Shown here: piece by piece, positions 50,118 to 59,156 of the stretch
Layout: each line of letters begins with the position of its first letter
How positions within the stretch are numbered: position 1 is the first letter of the stretch
DNA from: Bacteroidota bacterium
GTDB lineage: Bacteria; Bacteroidota; Bacteroidia; J057; JADKCL01
NCBI GenBank assembly: GCA_031415375.1
Contig: JANORP010000208.1
Coordinates: forward strand, 14,738 to 78,737
Direction: 5' to 3'
DNA length: 64,000 bases
The notes under the pieces: model-generated
Database searches by the model: none
Told to the model about the DNA's origin: nothing
The model's input: the letters and a program-made list of their open reading frames with translations, nothing else
Program-made: the position numbers and the translations under genes

Positions 50118-51977
50118 TCAGTCTAGGACGTATTCTGCACGCCAGTTATCGACATTGTTCCAGGCAGGCTGCTCGGTCTTGGCAAATAGATAATCGCCGA
50201 TCACCAGATAATCCATCTCTGTGCGCATCAGGCATTTGTAGGCATCGCCGGGCGTGCAGACGATCGGCTCGCCACGCACGTTGAAGCTCGTATTTACGAT
50301 CAGGGCATAGCCAGTCTGCTGCCGAAACGCCTCGATCAGCCCCCAATAGCGCGCATTGGTAGCTTTGCTCACCGTCTGTATCCGCGCCGAGAAATCGATA
50401 TGCGTCACCGCAGGGATGTCTGAGCGCAGGTGATACAATTTCTCGCGGATGTCGAGGGTGCTGTAATCGGCAGGCAAAGGCTTGTGGCGGCTTTCCTGCA
50501 CAGGATGCACCAAGAGCATATAGGGCGAGGTGCCCTCAAAGTCGAAATAGTCGATCGCATATTCCTCTAGCACAGAGGGGGCAAAGGGCCTGAAGCTCTC
50601 GCGGTACTTGATGTGCAAGTTGAGCGTTTTTTGCATCTCGGGGTTGCGGGCATCCCCGATGATGCTGCGATTGCCCAGCGCCCGCGGGCCAAACTCCATG
50701 CGCCCTTGAAACCAGCCCACCACCTTGCCGTCTGCCAGCAGTCGCGCTGTGTCACGAGCGAGGTCTTCGAAGACTTCATACCGGTTGTACACAGCCTTGT
50801 AGCTCCGTGCCATCAGTTCGATTTCCTTCCAGGAATATTCAGGCCCCAGGTAGGCGCCTTTGAGGCTGTCGCGCGGATGCACTTGGCGCGCCTCCCCAAA
50901 ATAGATATGGCTCGCAGCCAAGGCAGCGCCGAGTGATCCGCCCGCATCACCAGCCGCTGGCACGATATAGATCGATTCAAAGATGCCCGCAGCTTGCAAC
51001 TTGCCATTGGCGACACAGTTCAGGGCCACGCCACCTGCCAGACAGAGGTGCTTGGCACCCGTGAGGCGCTTTGCTTCGCGGGCGATGCGCAACACGATTT
51101 CCTCGGTCACCTCTTGGATCGCCAAGCCGAGGTCGCAATGCTTTTGTTCCAATTGGCCTTCTGCTGGGCGGCGCTCAAAACCAAACAGAGCCGCCCACTT
51201 GCGGTCATCGACCATGCGCAGACCCGTCGCGTAGCCAAAATATTTTTGGTTCAGCCACAGGGAGCCATCATCCTTCACATCGATCAGTTCCTGGTAGATG
51301 ATCGCCTTGTACCGCGCGATGTCGGGCGAGTCGGCATTCCCGTAGGGTGCCAAGCCCATCAGCTTGTATTCCCCTGAATTCACCCTGAACCCCAAGAAAT
51401 AAGTGAAGGCCGAATACAACAAGCCCAAGGAATGCGGAAACCGCAATTCCCGCAGGATTTGGATGTCTTTTCCCTTGCCATGGCAGATCGACGCCGTGGC
51501 CCATTCGCCCACACCGTCGAGGGTCATGATCGCCGCCTCTTCATACGGGGAGACAAAAAACGTGCTCGCTGCATGGGAAAGGTGATGGTCTGGGAAGAGC
51601 ATCTTGGTCTTTTTGGCATCCCAGGGGCCGATCTTTTTCAACTCGTCCTTGAGGAGTTTTTTGAGGAATAGCTTCTCGCGGATCCATACAGGGATGGCCT
51701 TCCAAAACGAGCGGATGCCTTTGGGTGCAAACCCATAATAGGTTTCAAGAAGGCGCTCAAATTTCAGGAAGGGCTTGTCATAAAAGACAATCGCATCCAA
51801 TTCCGAGAGGCTCAAGCCCGACTCAGCCAGGCAGTAGCCAATCGCTTGGGCAGGGAATGCGTCGTCATGTTTCTTGCGGGTGAAGCGCTCCTCTTGCGCG
51901 GCTGCAATCACCTCGCCGTCGATCACGATGGCGGCCGCCGAGTCATGGTAAAAGGCAGATATTCCTAGGATTTTCAT
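50118..51977 (-). CDS. O-carbamoyltransferase (NodU/CmcH/TobZ family)
   Basis: 'HDSAAA', 'QEERF.RKKH', 'HHLSHAAS', 'DGVGE', 'EYKLMGLAPYG', 'GGVALNC.AN', 'EFGPRALGNRS', 'K.RE.FRPFAP', 'NTSFN..GEP'. Confidence 0.95.
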   Translation of the reverse strand: MKILGISAFYHDSAAAIVIDGEVIAAAQEERFTRKKHDDAFPAQAIGYCLAESGLSLSELDAIVFYDKPFLKFERLLETYYGFAPKGIRSFWKAIPVWIREKLFLKKLLKDELKKIGPWDAKKTKMLFPDHHLSHAASTFFVSPYEEAAIMTLDGVGEWATASICHGKGKDIQILRELRFPHSLGLLYSAFTYFLGFRVNSGEYKLMGLAPYGNADSPDIARYKAIIYQELIDVKDDGSLWLNQKYFGYATGLRMVDDRKWAALFGFERRPAEGQLEQKHCDLGLAIQEVTEEIVLRIAREAKRLTGAKHLCLAGGVALNCVANGKLQAAGIFESIYIVPAAGDAGGSLGAALAASHIYFGEARQVHPRDSLKGAYLGPEYSWKEIELMARSYKAVYNRYEVFEDLARDTARLLADGKVVGWFQGRMEFGPRALGNRSIIGDARNPEMQKTLNLHIKYRESFRPFAPSVLEEYAIDYFDFEGTSPYMLLVHPVQESRHKPLPADYSTLDIREKLYHLRSDIPAVTHIDFSARIQTVSKATNARYWGLIEAFRQQTGYALIVNTSFNVRGEPIVCTPGDAYKCLMRTEMDYLVIGDYLFAKTEQPAWNNVDNWRAEYVLD

Positions 51978-51983
51978 AGATGA

Positions 51984-53144
51984 CTAGGCCTCGCGGCCAG
52001 AGAGTTGGGCGACGATTTCTGAGACGATAAACTCGGCTGCATGACCGTCGCCAAATATGTGGGGGAAGTGGAGCGGCCCAGCATTTCCAAAATGGATATA
52101 GGCATCCAAGATGCGTTGGCTGTCGGCGTCGGTGAGGATGGCTGTGCCTGCCTCGACGAGCTCGACCCACTCGGTCTGCGGGCGCAGCACGATGCAGGGC
52201 TTCTCCAAAAAGAAGCTCTCCTTTTGCACGCCGCCAGAGTCGGTGATCACCATTTTGCACGCCGCCTCCAGCGCCGTCATTTCCAAAAAGGAGACAGGCA
52301 AGATCAGTTTCAGCCGGTCGCTGTTGCGCAGGGTTTTCAAAACACCTGGTTCGAGATTTACATCGAGCACCTTTTTGGTACGGGGATGCAAGGGCAACAA
52401 CACGGTCTCACCGTGGATTTCCGTGAGTTCCAGCAGCGCTTTGAAGATACTGCTCAGGCGTGCGGGTTCATCGGTATTGGTATTGCGGTGGATGGTTGCC
52501 AGGATAAACTGACCCTTTTTTAATCCCAGGCTGTGCACGAGATCTACCCGCGTCTGTGCATAGTCACTGAAAAAGCGGGTATTGTCATACATCACGTCGC
52601 CACAGTGATAGACTTTGGGATTGTCCATGGTATAGGGTCCCGCATTGCCGAGGGCAAAACCTTCCTTGGCGAGATTGTCCACGCCAGTCTGGGTGGGGCT
52701 GAAGAGCAAGGTTGAGACTTGGTCGCAGAGGATACGGTTGATTTCCTCTGGCATGCGCTTGTCGAAGGAGCGTAGGCCCGCCTCCACGTGGGCTATGGGC
52801 AGGTAGTGCTTGCTCGCGGCGATCGCACCCGCGAGGGTGCTATTGGTATCGCCGTAGAGGATCACACAATCTGGTTTTTCCTTGAGCAGGATCGTCTCGA
52901 TCCCAGCAATCATGGCACCCGTCTGCTGCCCGTGGTCGCCTGAGCCGATCTCAAGCATGTGGTCGGGTCGCGGGATGCCCATCTCATCAAAAAAGACTTG
53001 CGACATATTGGCATCGTAGTGCTGCCCGGTGTGGATAATCACCTCGCGCACCCGGTCAGGAAACAGGTCGCGGATGGCTCTGCTGATCGCAGCCGCCTTG
53101 ATAAACTGCGGCCGCGCGCCGATGATCGTGACAAACTTCATCAT
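51984..53144 (-). CDS. wecB: Non-hydrolysing UDP-GlcNAc 2-epimerase (WecB/WbpI-like)
   Basis: 'GARPQFIK', 'HTGQHYD', 'GDTNSTLA', 'HVEAGLRS', 'MPEEINR', 'TDSGGVQKE', 'TEW'. Confidence 0.92.
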   Translation of the reverse strand: MMKFVTIIGARPQFIKAAAISRAIRDLFPDRVREVIIHTGQHYDANMSQVFFDEMGIPRPDHMLEIGSGDHGQQTGAMIAGIETILLKEKPDCVILYGDTNSTLAGAIAASKHYLPIAHVEAGLRSFDKRMPEEINRILCDQVSTLLFSPTQTGVDNLAKEGFALGNAGPYTMDNPKVYHCGDVMYDNTRFFSDYAQTRVDLVHSLGLKKGQFILATIHRNTNTDEPARLSSIFKALLELTEIHGETVLLPLHPRTKKVLDVNLEPGVLKTLRNSDRLKLILPVSFLEMTALEAACKMVITDSGGVQKESFFLEKPCIVLRPQTEWVELVEAGTAILTDADSQRILDAYIHFGNAGPLHFPHIFGDGHAAEFIVSEIVAQLSGREA

Positions 53145-54439
53145 TGTGTGATTGCTTCCAAAAGATCGGCAAAGTTACCTGTTAATGCCTTGCGGGAAAA
53201 TGCCTCTATGCCTAAGCTTTGCACTTCAAGGGTATCGGCCCTGAATTGCGCATAATAATGGGCAATGTGAGACTTCAGTTTTTCCTTGTCCTCAAAGCCC
53301 GCGACCAAGCCTGCCTGCGCGGCATGGATGATATGGGCGGCATCGCCATCCTCAGGACCGATGCACAAGATTGGCCGACCGCTGGCAAGGTATTCAAAAA
53401 TTTTGCCCGTGATCACGCCACGAGCATTGGGGGTATTGTTGATGCTGAGCAGCAATACCTGGGCGCGGCCTTGCTGCACGACCGCCTCGCCGTGCGGCAA
53501 ATAATCGACCATGGTGACTTGGGTCTCCATGCCGTTGCGCGCAATGCTCTCGGCAGCAGCCACATCGGCCTTGCCGACGAGGCGCACTTCCAGGTCCTCC
53601 GCAAATCCAGGGATCTCTGCTTTTAATTCGCGGAGCGCCACCCAAAATGCCTCGTGGTTGCGGTGTACATTGAGTAGGCCCACATGCAGCAGGCTGAATT
53701 TGGCATCGCGCGCAGCCTTGGATTGGGGACGCAGGTCGGCAGTGTCATAGCCATTGGTGATCACATCGACCTTGCGGCCCGAGATCACCTCAAATTCCTC
53801 GCGCATCACATTGCCCACGACCACGACACGATCTGCCTCGGTGACCACCGATTTTTCCAAGCGATGGTGCTTGCGGTCGGCCCAGCCTGAGAGTTGGAGC
53901 TCCTTGTAAAAATCGATATTGGTCCAGGGGTCGCGAAAGTCGGCGATCCAAGGGATGCCGGTCTTGCGCTTCACGCCACGGGCGATGAGATGCATCGAGT
54001 GGGGAGGCCCCGTCGAGATGATCGCATCCACGGGATGGTCCTGCAGATAGTCCACCAAAAAATCGATCGAGGGTCGGATCCAAAACTTGCGGGCATCGGG
54101 TATGAAGACATTGCCCCTGATCCACATCGAGATGCGGCGGCTGAGGCTCGGTTTCTGCGCATTCAAAAACCCCGAGACCACGCGCTGTTCCTTTTTCTGG
54201 CCCGTGAAGCGCTTGTACAATTTGTAGGGTTCCCAGATGGGGCGTCTGATCACCTCCACGCCAGCGGGAATCTCTTGTGCGAGTGAGGCATCGATCACAG
54301 GGTATTCACTGTCGAGGGCAGTATAGACCACGGGTTCCCAGCCAAAATCACGCAGGTAACGCACGCACTTGAGCCAGCGCTGCACGCCCGAGCCGCCACT
54401 TGGGGGCCAGTAATACGTGATGACCAGCACTTTTTTCAT
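53141..54439 (-). CDS. Glycosyltransferase family 4-like
   Basis: 'YYWPPSGGSGVQRWLK', 'FIPDAR', 'TGPPHS.H', 'ADFRDPW', 'TNGYD', 'GKIFEYLA'. Confidence 0.88.
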   Translation of the reverse strand: MKKVLVITYYWPPSGGSGVQRWLKCVRYLRDFGWEPVVYTALDSEYPVIDASLAQEIPAGVEVIRRPIWEPYKLYKRFTGQKKEQRVVSGFLNAQKPSLSRRISMWIRGNVFIPDARKFWIRPSIDFLVDYLQDHPVDAIISTGPPHSMHLIARGVKRKTGIPWIADFRDPWTNIDFYKELQLSGWADRKHHRLEKSVVTEADRVVVVGNVMREEFEVISGRKVDVITNGYDTADLRPQSKAARDAKFSLLHVGLLNVHRNHEAFWVALRELKAEIPGFAEDLEVRLVGKADVAAAESIARNGMETQVTMVDYLPHGEAVVQQGRAQVLLLSINNTPNARGVITGKIFEYLASGRPILCIGPEDGDAAHIIHAAQAGLVAGFEDKEKLKSHIAHYYAQFRADTLEVQSLGIEAFSRKALTGNFADLLEAITQ

Positions 54440-54447
54440 CGTGCGGC

Positions 54448-57330
54448 CTAGGCCTTTTTGCCGACACTGGTGTCGATTGCGGGATCTTCGCGGTCATTGT
54501 CGGGACCGCCTGTCCTGAAGTCCATGAAGATCGCCGCTGCCGCAAAGGCAAAGAGCAACAGCGAGAAAACCAACGACATGGTTTCGCCATTGTAATAACT
54601 CTTGGGCTCCATCTTGAAGACGATCTCGTGGTTGCCCGCTGGCACACGCATGCCGCGCAAGATGTAGTCGCAGCGGAAGTGATCGACAGGCTGCCCGTCG
54701 AGGTAGGCTTGCCAGCCCTTGCCGCTGTTGTAGTAGATTTCTGAGAAGGCCACCAATTGCTCCTTGCCGCCAGTGCTCGCAAACTTGTACTTGAGCTCAT
54801 TGCTCTGGTAGGAGGTGAGTGAAATGGTCGCACTCGGGTCGAGCGTGGCTTGGAAGCCTTTGAGTTGGGCGGCAGATTTTTCCTCGACCAGCATCTTGGC
54901 ACGCAGGTCGGTGCCTTGCAACTGCGCGATCACCTCGTCTGGACCAGGCAGGATCTCGTAGTTGGCCGAGATCCAGGCATTGCCCATCGCTTGACTGTTG
55001 GGCAACACGCCTCCCTTGGGATTGACGATGATGTATTTGGTATTCAACATGTTGAGTACCGTCACTTTCTTCAAGGCTTCATTGATGCGCAGCATCTGTG
55101 TGCTGTCACGCACCCCAAAGGCTTCCTGCAAGATCTGGAATTCCTTGTCAAAGCAATTTTCGATCAAGTCTTGGTAACGTCTCAGCTTGGCTGCGCTGTA
55201 GCCACCGATCGATTTGTGGTGGTAGGGCGTCACAGCATCGTTCCAGATATTGGCGGCCAAGTTCAAGACGCGGTAGTTTGGATCCTTGTCGGCCTTGACC
55301 ATATTGTCGGCCGCCGAGGGATTGTAGATCGACATGTATTCAGATTCCTTTACAAAGGAGTCCTCATTGAGGTAGCGCTTATCGACCGACACCATATCCC
55401 AATAGATCAACCCAAAGAGCACAAGGCCCACGGCGAGGATGCCGATTGGTTTCAATTCCTTGGAACCCAAAGATTTCTTCACCAAGGTGTAGCCGATGAG
55501 CACACCACCCGCGAGCAATACCAGCAGGATGCCTTTGTAGGCTTGGCTCGTGATGAGGGCGTTGCGGTCTGCGGGCAAAGCATCGACCAGGGAGGCGATC
55601 AGTTGTGGTTCTGGATTTTGCAGACCCACACGGGCGAGGAAGCCGGTGATCTTTTGGGTGTCTTGCTCCATGCGCAGGTGCACGCCAGGTTGCAGGAAGG
55701 CCACGATGAGCAAGATAAAGACCGTTGCTCCGGTGGCGATGCCGATGAGCATGGCCATTTGCTTGTCGCTGCGGTTGCCTTCATTTTTGAAGACCGATTT
55801 CAAGGCCAATCCCCCCATAGCAGCCATGGCGATGCTGGTGATCGTGAGCCACATCGAGACGGCCCTGAAATTGTTGTACTTGGGCAGATTGTCAAAGAAG
55901 AGGTCTGAGAACCACTGCAGGTTGCGGCCCCAGCTCAGCATGAGGCTCACGACCATGGTCGCCAGCAACCACCAGCGGTAGCGCGCCGGGGCGATGATGA
56001 GGCCCAGGATGAAAAGAAAACACATGACCACACCCATATAGGTAGGCCCGCCATGCATCGGCTGATCGCCCATATAGGTCGGCCATTGGCTCACAAGTTG
56101 CTCGGCAGACTGGGGGGGAAACATTGACTTCAAGACTTCATACGTCTCAGAGTCCTTGTCAAGCTTGGTATAGGCTGCATCACCATAGTAAAATGGGTTG
56201 ATGATCGTCAAGCTTTCAAAGATGCCATAGCTCCAGACATAGGCATATTCTTTTTCCAAGCCACTGCCGTTTTCTTGGGTTGGCGCATCGGTGGTGCTTT
56301 TGAGCACCGCCCCGCCGCGCATCGTCTCGGCGACATATTCTGAGTTGGTGGTGAGGCGGCCGATGTTGGGGGCGATCGAGATGCCCATGCATACGACCAT
56401 GAGCAAGCTGCCCACGATGAAATTGCGCAAGGGTTTACCGCTTTCCAAGATGCCCTTGCCCGTGATGAGCGACATGACGCTGTTGCCTTCCTTGATGCGG
56501 GCCATGATCGACATCACCAATGGCACAAATAGCACCAAGGCGGCGGCACCCAGCCACACAGGCTTGGGCAAGCCCAGTTTCCAGGAGATCAACACCGTCG
56601 TAAATGCTGCCCAGAGCACGCTCTTGCCGAGGATATTGGTGTTGCGGGAGAGCTCGCTCAGCGCGATGGCGGCGATGATGAAAAAGCCATAATAGGTGAT
56701 CTGCAAGTGGTTGGCATTGATCTCCAAACCCATCGCGAGGATGGTCACCGCCGAGCCGAGCCAGAAGCGGCCACGGTAGAGGTAGAGCACGCCAGCCAAG
56801 ACAAAGGGCATGTAGGCCACGGCATTCACCTTTGAGTTGTGGCCCGCCTCGATCACGATGAAGTAATAAGAGCACATCATAAACCCAAAGGCCGACACGG
56901 CCGCCGACACGGGATCGACCTTGAGCGCTTTGAGCAAGAAAAATAGACCCAAGAATAGCAGAAAGAGATTGCCGATCGGGGTAGGCACCATGCCGCGCAG
57001 GTTCATGATATTGTCCAGCTTCTGCATGAGGTTGTTGGGGTACCAGGTGCTGATCTGGAAAGTCGGCATTCCGCCAAACATGCCATTGGTCCACAGCGGC
57101 TCTTGGTTGTCGTGGGCCTTGCGGAAATCGGTGATCTCCTTGCTCATGCCTTTGTGTTGCAAGATATCCCCTTGGTTCAAGACCATGTTGCGTTGGCGTG
57201 CCGGGGCGAGGTAGCTCCACAGCACCATGAAGGCGATCAAGGCCATGATGCCGCCGGCGATCAAGCGCCAGAGACGATTGTCGGCGAAATAGTCAGAGCC
57301 AGATTGCAACCAAGATTTATTGTTGCTCAT
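54448..57330 (-). CDS. YfhO-family multi-TM protein (GT-C superfamily)
   Basis: 'WTN.MFGGMP.', 'GH.SK', 'NH.QITYY', 'WSYG..E', 'FRAVS', 'GGY.AAKL.RYQDL', 'FSEIYY..GW', 'LRGM.VP.G.H.I.F'. Confidence 0.88.
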   Translation of the reverse strand: MSNNKSWLQSGSDYFADNRLWRLIAGGIMALIAFMVLWSYLAPARQRNMVLNQGDILQHKGMSKEITDFRKAHDNQEPLWTNGMFGGMPTFQISTWYPNNLMQKLDNIMNLRGMVPTPIGNLFLLFLGLFFLLKALKVDPVSAAVSAFGFMMCSYYFIVIEAGHNSKVNAVAYMPFVLAGVLYLYRGRFWLGSAVTILAMGLEINANHLQITYYGFFIIAAIALSELSRNTNILGKSVLWAAFTTVLISWKLGLPKPVWLGAAALVLFVPLVMSIMARIKEGNSVMSLITGKGILESGKPLRNFIVGSLLMVVCMGISIAPNIGRLTTNSEYVAETMRGGAVLKSTTDAPTQENGSGLEKEYAYVWSYGIFESLTIINPFYYGDAAYTKLDKDSETYEVLKSMFPPQSAEQLVSQWPTYMGDQPMHGGPTYMGVVMCFLFILGLIIAPARYRWWLLATMVVSLMLSWGRNLQWFSDLFFDNLPKYNNFRAVSMWLTITSIAMAAMGGLALKSVFKNEGNRSDKQMAMLIGIATGATVFILLIVAFLQPGVHLRMEQDTQKITGFLARVGLQNPEPQLIASLVDALPADRNALITSQAYKGILLVLLAGGVLIGYTLVKKSLGSKELKPIGILAVGLVLFGLIYWDMVSVDKRYLNEDSFVKESEYMSIYNPSAADNMVKADKDPNYRVLNLAANIWNDAVTPYHHKSIGGYSAAKLRRYQDLIENCFDKEFQILQEAFGVRDSTQMLRINEALKKVTVLNMLNTKYIIVNPKGGVLPNSQAMGNAWISANYEILPGPDEVIAQLQGTDLRAKMLVEEKSAAQLKGFQATLDPSATISLTSYQSNELKYKFASTGGKEQLVAFSEIYYNSGKGWQAYLDGQPVDHFRCDYILRGMRVPAGNHEIVFKMEPKSYYNGETMSLVFSLLLFAFAAAAIFMDFRTGGPDNDREDPAIDTSVGKKA

Positions 57331-57494
57331 GCGAAACAGCGTTGGATGAATGATGTATCAAGGCCGTAAAAATAGCAAAATGCAAGTCGTGAACAATGGA
57401 TAGTCTCGCGATGGTTGGGGCTTAAGCATTTTTTGCAGGGTGGATGCTGTTTCTTAACATCAGGCACGTCTGTTGACCACGATATAAAAATCAC

Positions 57495-57541
57495 CCGTTC
57501 GTCGGGCCACCCCACAACTCGCGGGAAGGCCCGACGAACGG
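57495..57541 (-). promoter_or_regulatory. 14-bp stem-loop (terminator/attenuator-like) upstream of the YfhO operon
   Basis: CCGTTCGTCGGGCC (57495-57508) and GGCCCGACGAACGG (57528-57541); followed on the minus strand by GTGATTTTTAT. Confidence 0.55.
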
Positions 57542-57646
57542 ATAAGCCTGCTGTTGTAGGGCCGTTTCCCGCTGCGTCCCGCCGCTCGGGAATTTCATCG
57601 CATTGGCGTTAACAGAGCTACCAAATAGCCCCCTTACACGCCCAAC

Positions 57647-57875
57647 GAAGCCCGCAGGGCTTCAATGTGAGTAGCCGTGGGCAGAGCCCACGGTCTGCGA
57701 ACAAAACAAAAATTCAACCCCGAAAGGGGTTGAACAATCTGGAACGCACATTGCAACCTGTTCACATTCAACCCCGGAGGGGTTGATCTTGTTTCTTGAC
57801 ACCAGACCACGGGTTTCACCCGCGCCGCGTCCCGCATGAAATGCGGGGGCTATCCACATTGAACCCCTTCGGGGT
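57647..57875. repeat. Inverted pair of REP-like palindromic elements
   Basis: Hairpins at 57647-57663, 57675-57693, 57713-57734, 57768-57786, 57810-57822, 57831-57847 and 57863-57875; left and right units share TTCAATGTG..TAGCC and TCAACCCC....GGGGTTGA in opposite orientation. Confidence 0.75.
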
Positions 57876-58115
57876 AATTGGGTTGGTGTCAAACGTTAAG
57901 TTGACGCAAATGCGATTCCATCAGGCCCGTGTGCGCCGAGGCATGATGCCCGACAAACAAATAACACCAGTATTCCTGATCGCCAATGCGGAAGAAATTC
58001 CCGCAAAAAACGCATTGTCCAAATGCCATTGTTGCCATTGTCGAGGATCAATTTTGCATGCGTTTGCCCTAGTTTTTAGAGGAGCCCAGAATTTGCTCCC
58101 TGCAAGACCATGGTT

Positions 58116-59012
58116 TCAAAACCCGGGGGTGGGCGGTCGTTGGCGATCATCCTCCTTGTAGAGGATCGGCACACGGATCGGCTTGGGTAGCGGCCGACGG
58201 TTGTAATCGAAAATGTAATAGTTCAGTGCTAGATGGTAGGTCGTGCGACCCATTCCAAATGCGCGTTCCATGACGACCAGCTGCGCGCCAAGTCCCGACT
58301 TTACCTCGGCTGAGAAGCCAAAATGCTTGAAAAAAACAGTTTCTACGCCCAAAATGGCCGTGGCAAAGGCACTGAAGCGCGGCTTGCCCATGGCGCGAAA
58401 CTCGTTGTAGTCCACGACATGCTCCGCGCCATAGTCAAATGAATATTCCACAAAGGCAATACGGCTGCTTGGAGAGAGTCCCAGCTCCAATTCGGCCCCG
58501 CCGTGAAAACGCACAAAGCCCAACAACTTGCGTGTCTGTTTCAAGCCCGCGACCGCCACGCTGCCAAAACTCCCTTTTTCAGAGGCCGTGCGGCCATAGA
58601 CAGTATCGTTGATGATAAAATCGCTTGCATAGTCCATCGTGTCGGCACGCCGCGAATAGTTGGCGGAAAATCGCAGCTTGAGACCACGCACGGTATCGAC
58701 AAAGGAAGCATGTGCACCGATTTGGAAAAAGGTAGGAAACACCGTGCTGCGCGAATACAAGCCCCAGTCGGGATAGATCGGCAGACCCGATTGGGCGTCG
58801 GCATAGAGGATGCGTGCATCGTAGCCCTGAAAAAACTGCACTGCACCACCTGTGCGACTCACGCCGACGTCTTGAAAATGGAAAGAGGGTGGGGGCAAGG
58901 GTGGAAACGAATCCCGCATCGAATCCTCGGGCACCACAAAATCAGCACTACGTTGCGCCATCACGGCACCACCCAGCACAACGAATATCAATATGTATAG
59001 GGCCTTGTACAA
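58116..59012 (-). CDS. Putative outer-membrane beta-barrel protein
   Basis: A TTG start at 59012 gives signal peptide MYKALYILIFVVLGGAVMA-Q; alternating aromatic beta strands. Confidence 0.6.
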   Translation of the reverse strand: MYKALYILIFVVLGGAVMAQRSADFVVPEDSMRDSFPPLPPPSFHFQDVGVSRTGGAVQFFQGYDARILYADAQSGLPIYPDWGLYSRSTVFPTFFQIGAHASFVDTVRGLKLRFSANYSRRADTMDYASDFIINDTVYGRTASEKGSFGSVAVAGLKQTRKLLGFVRFHGGAELELGLSPSSRIAFVEYSFDYGAEHVVDYNEFRAMGKPRFSAFATAILGVETVFFKHFGFSAEVKSGLGAQLVVMERAFGMGRTTYHLALNYYIFDYNRRPLPKPIRVPILYKEDDRQRPPTPGF

Positions 59013-59156
59013 CGAAACTACCGAAACTACGCGATTGCCGAGTAGGAAAATTACAAGAAATGCACCGCAATTGCTACCCTTGCGTCCGGCACCCAACGAA
59101 TTCTCCTACTGCCCATTGGCGCAACGGGACTTCATAGGTCCTGCAAGGGTGCCCGA

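Noticed and set aside
49746-51977. Saxitoxin or antibiotic gene cluster
   Set aside because: Only a carbamoyltransferase and SxtJ are present; there is no sxtA/G, PKS or NRPS, and the context is glycan biosynthesis.
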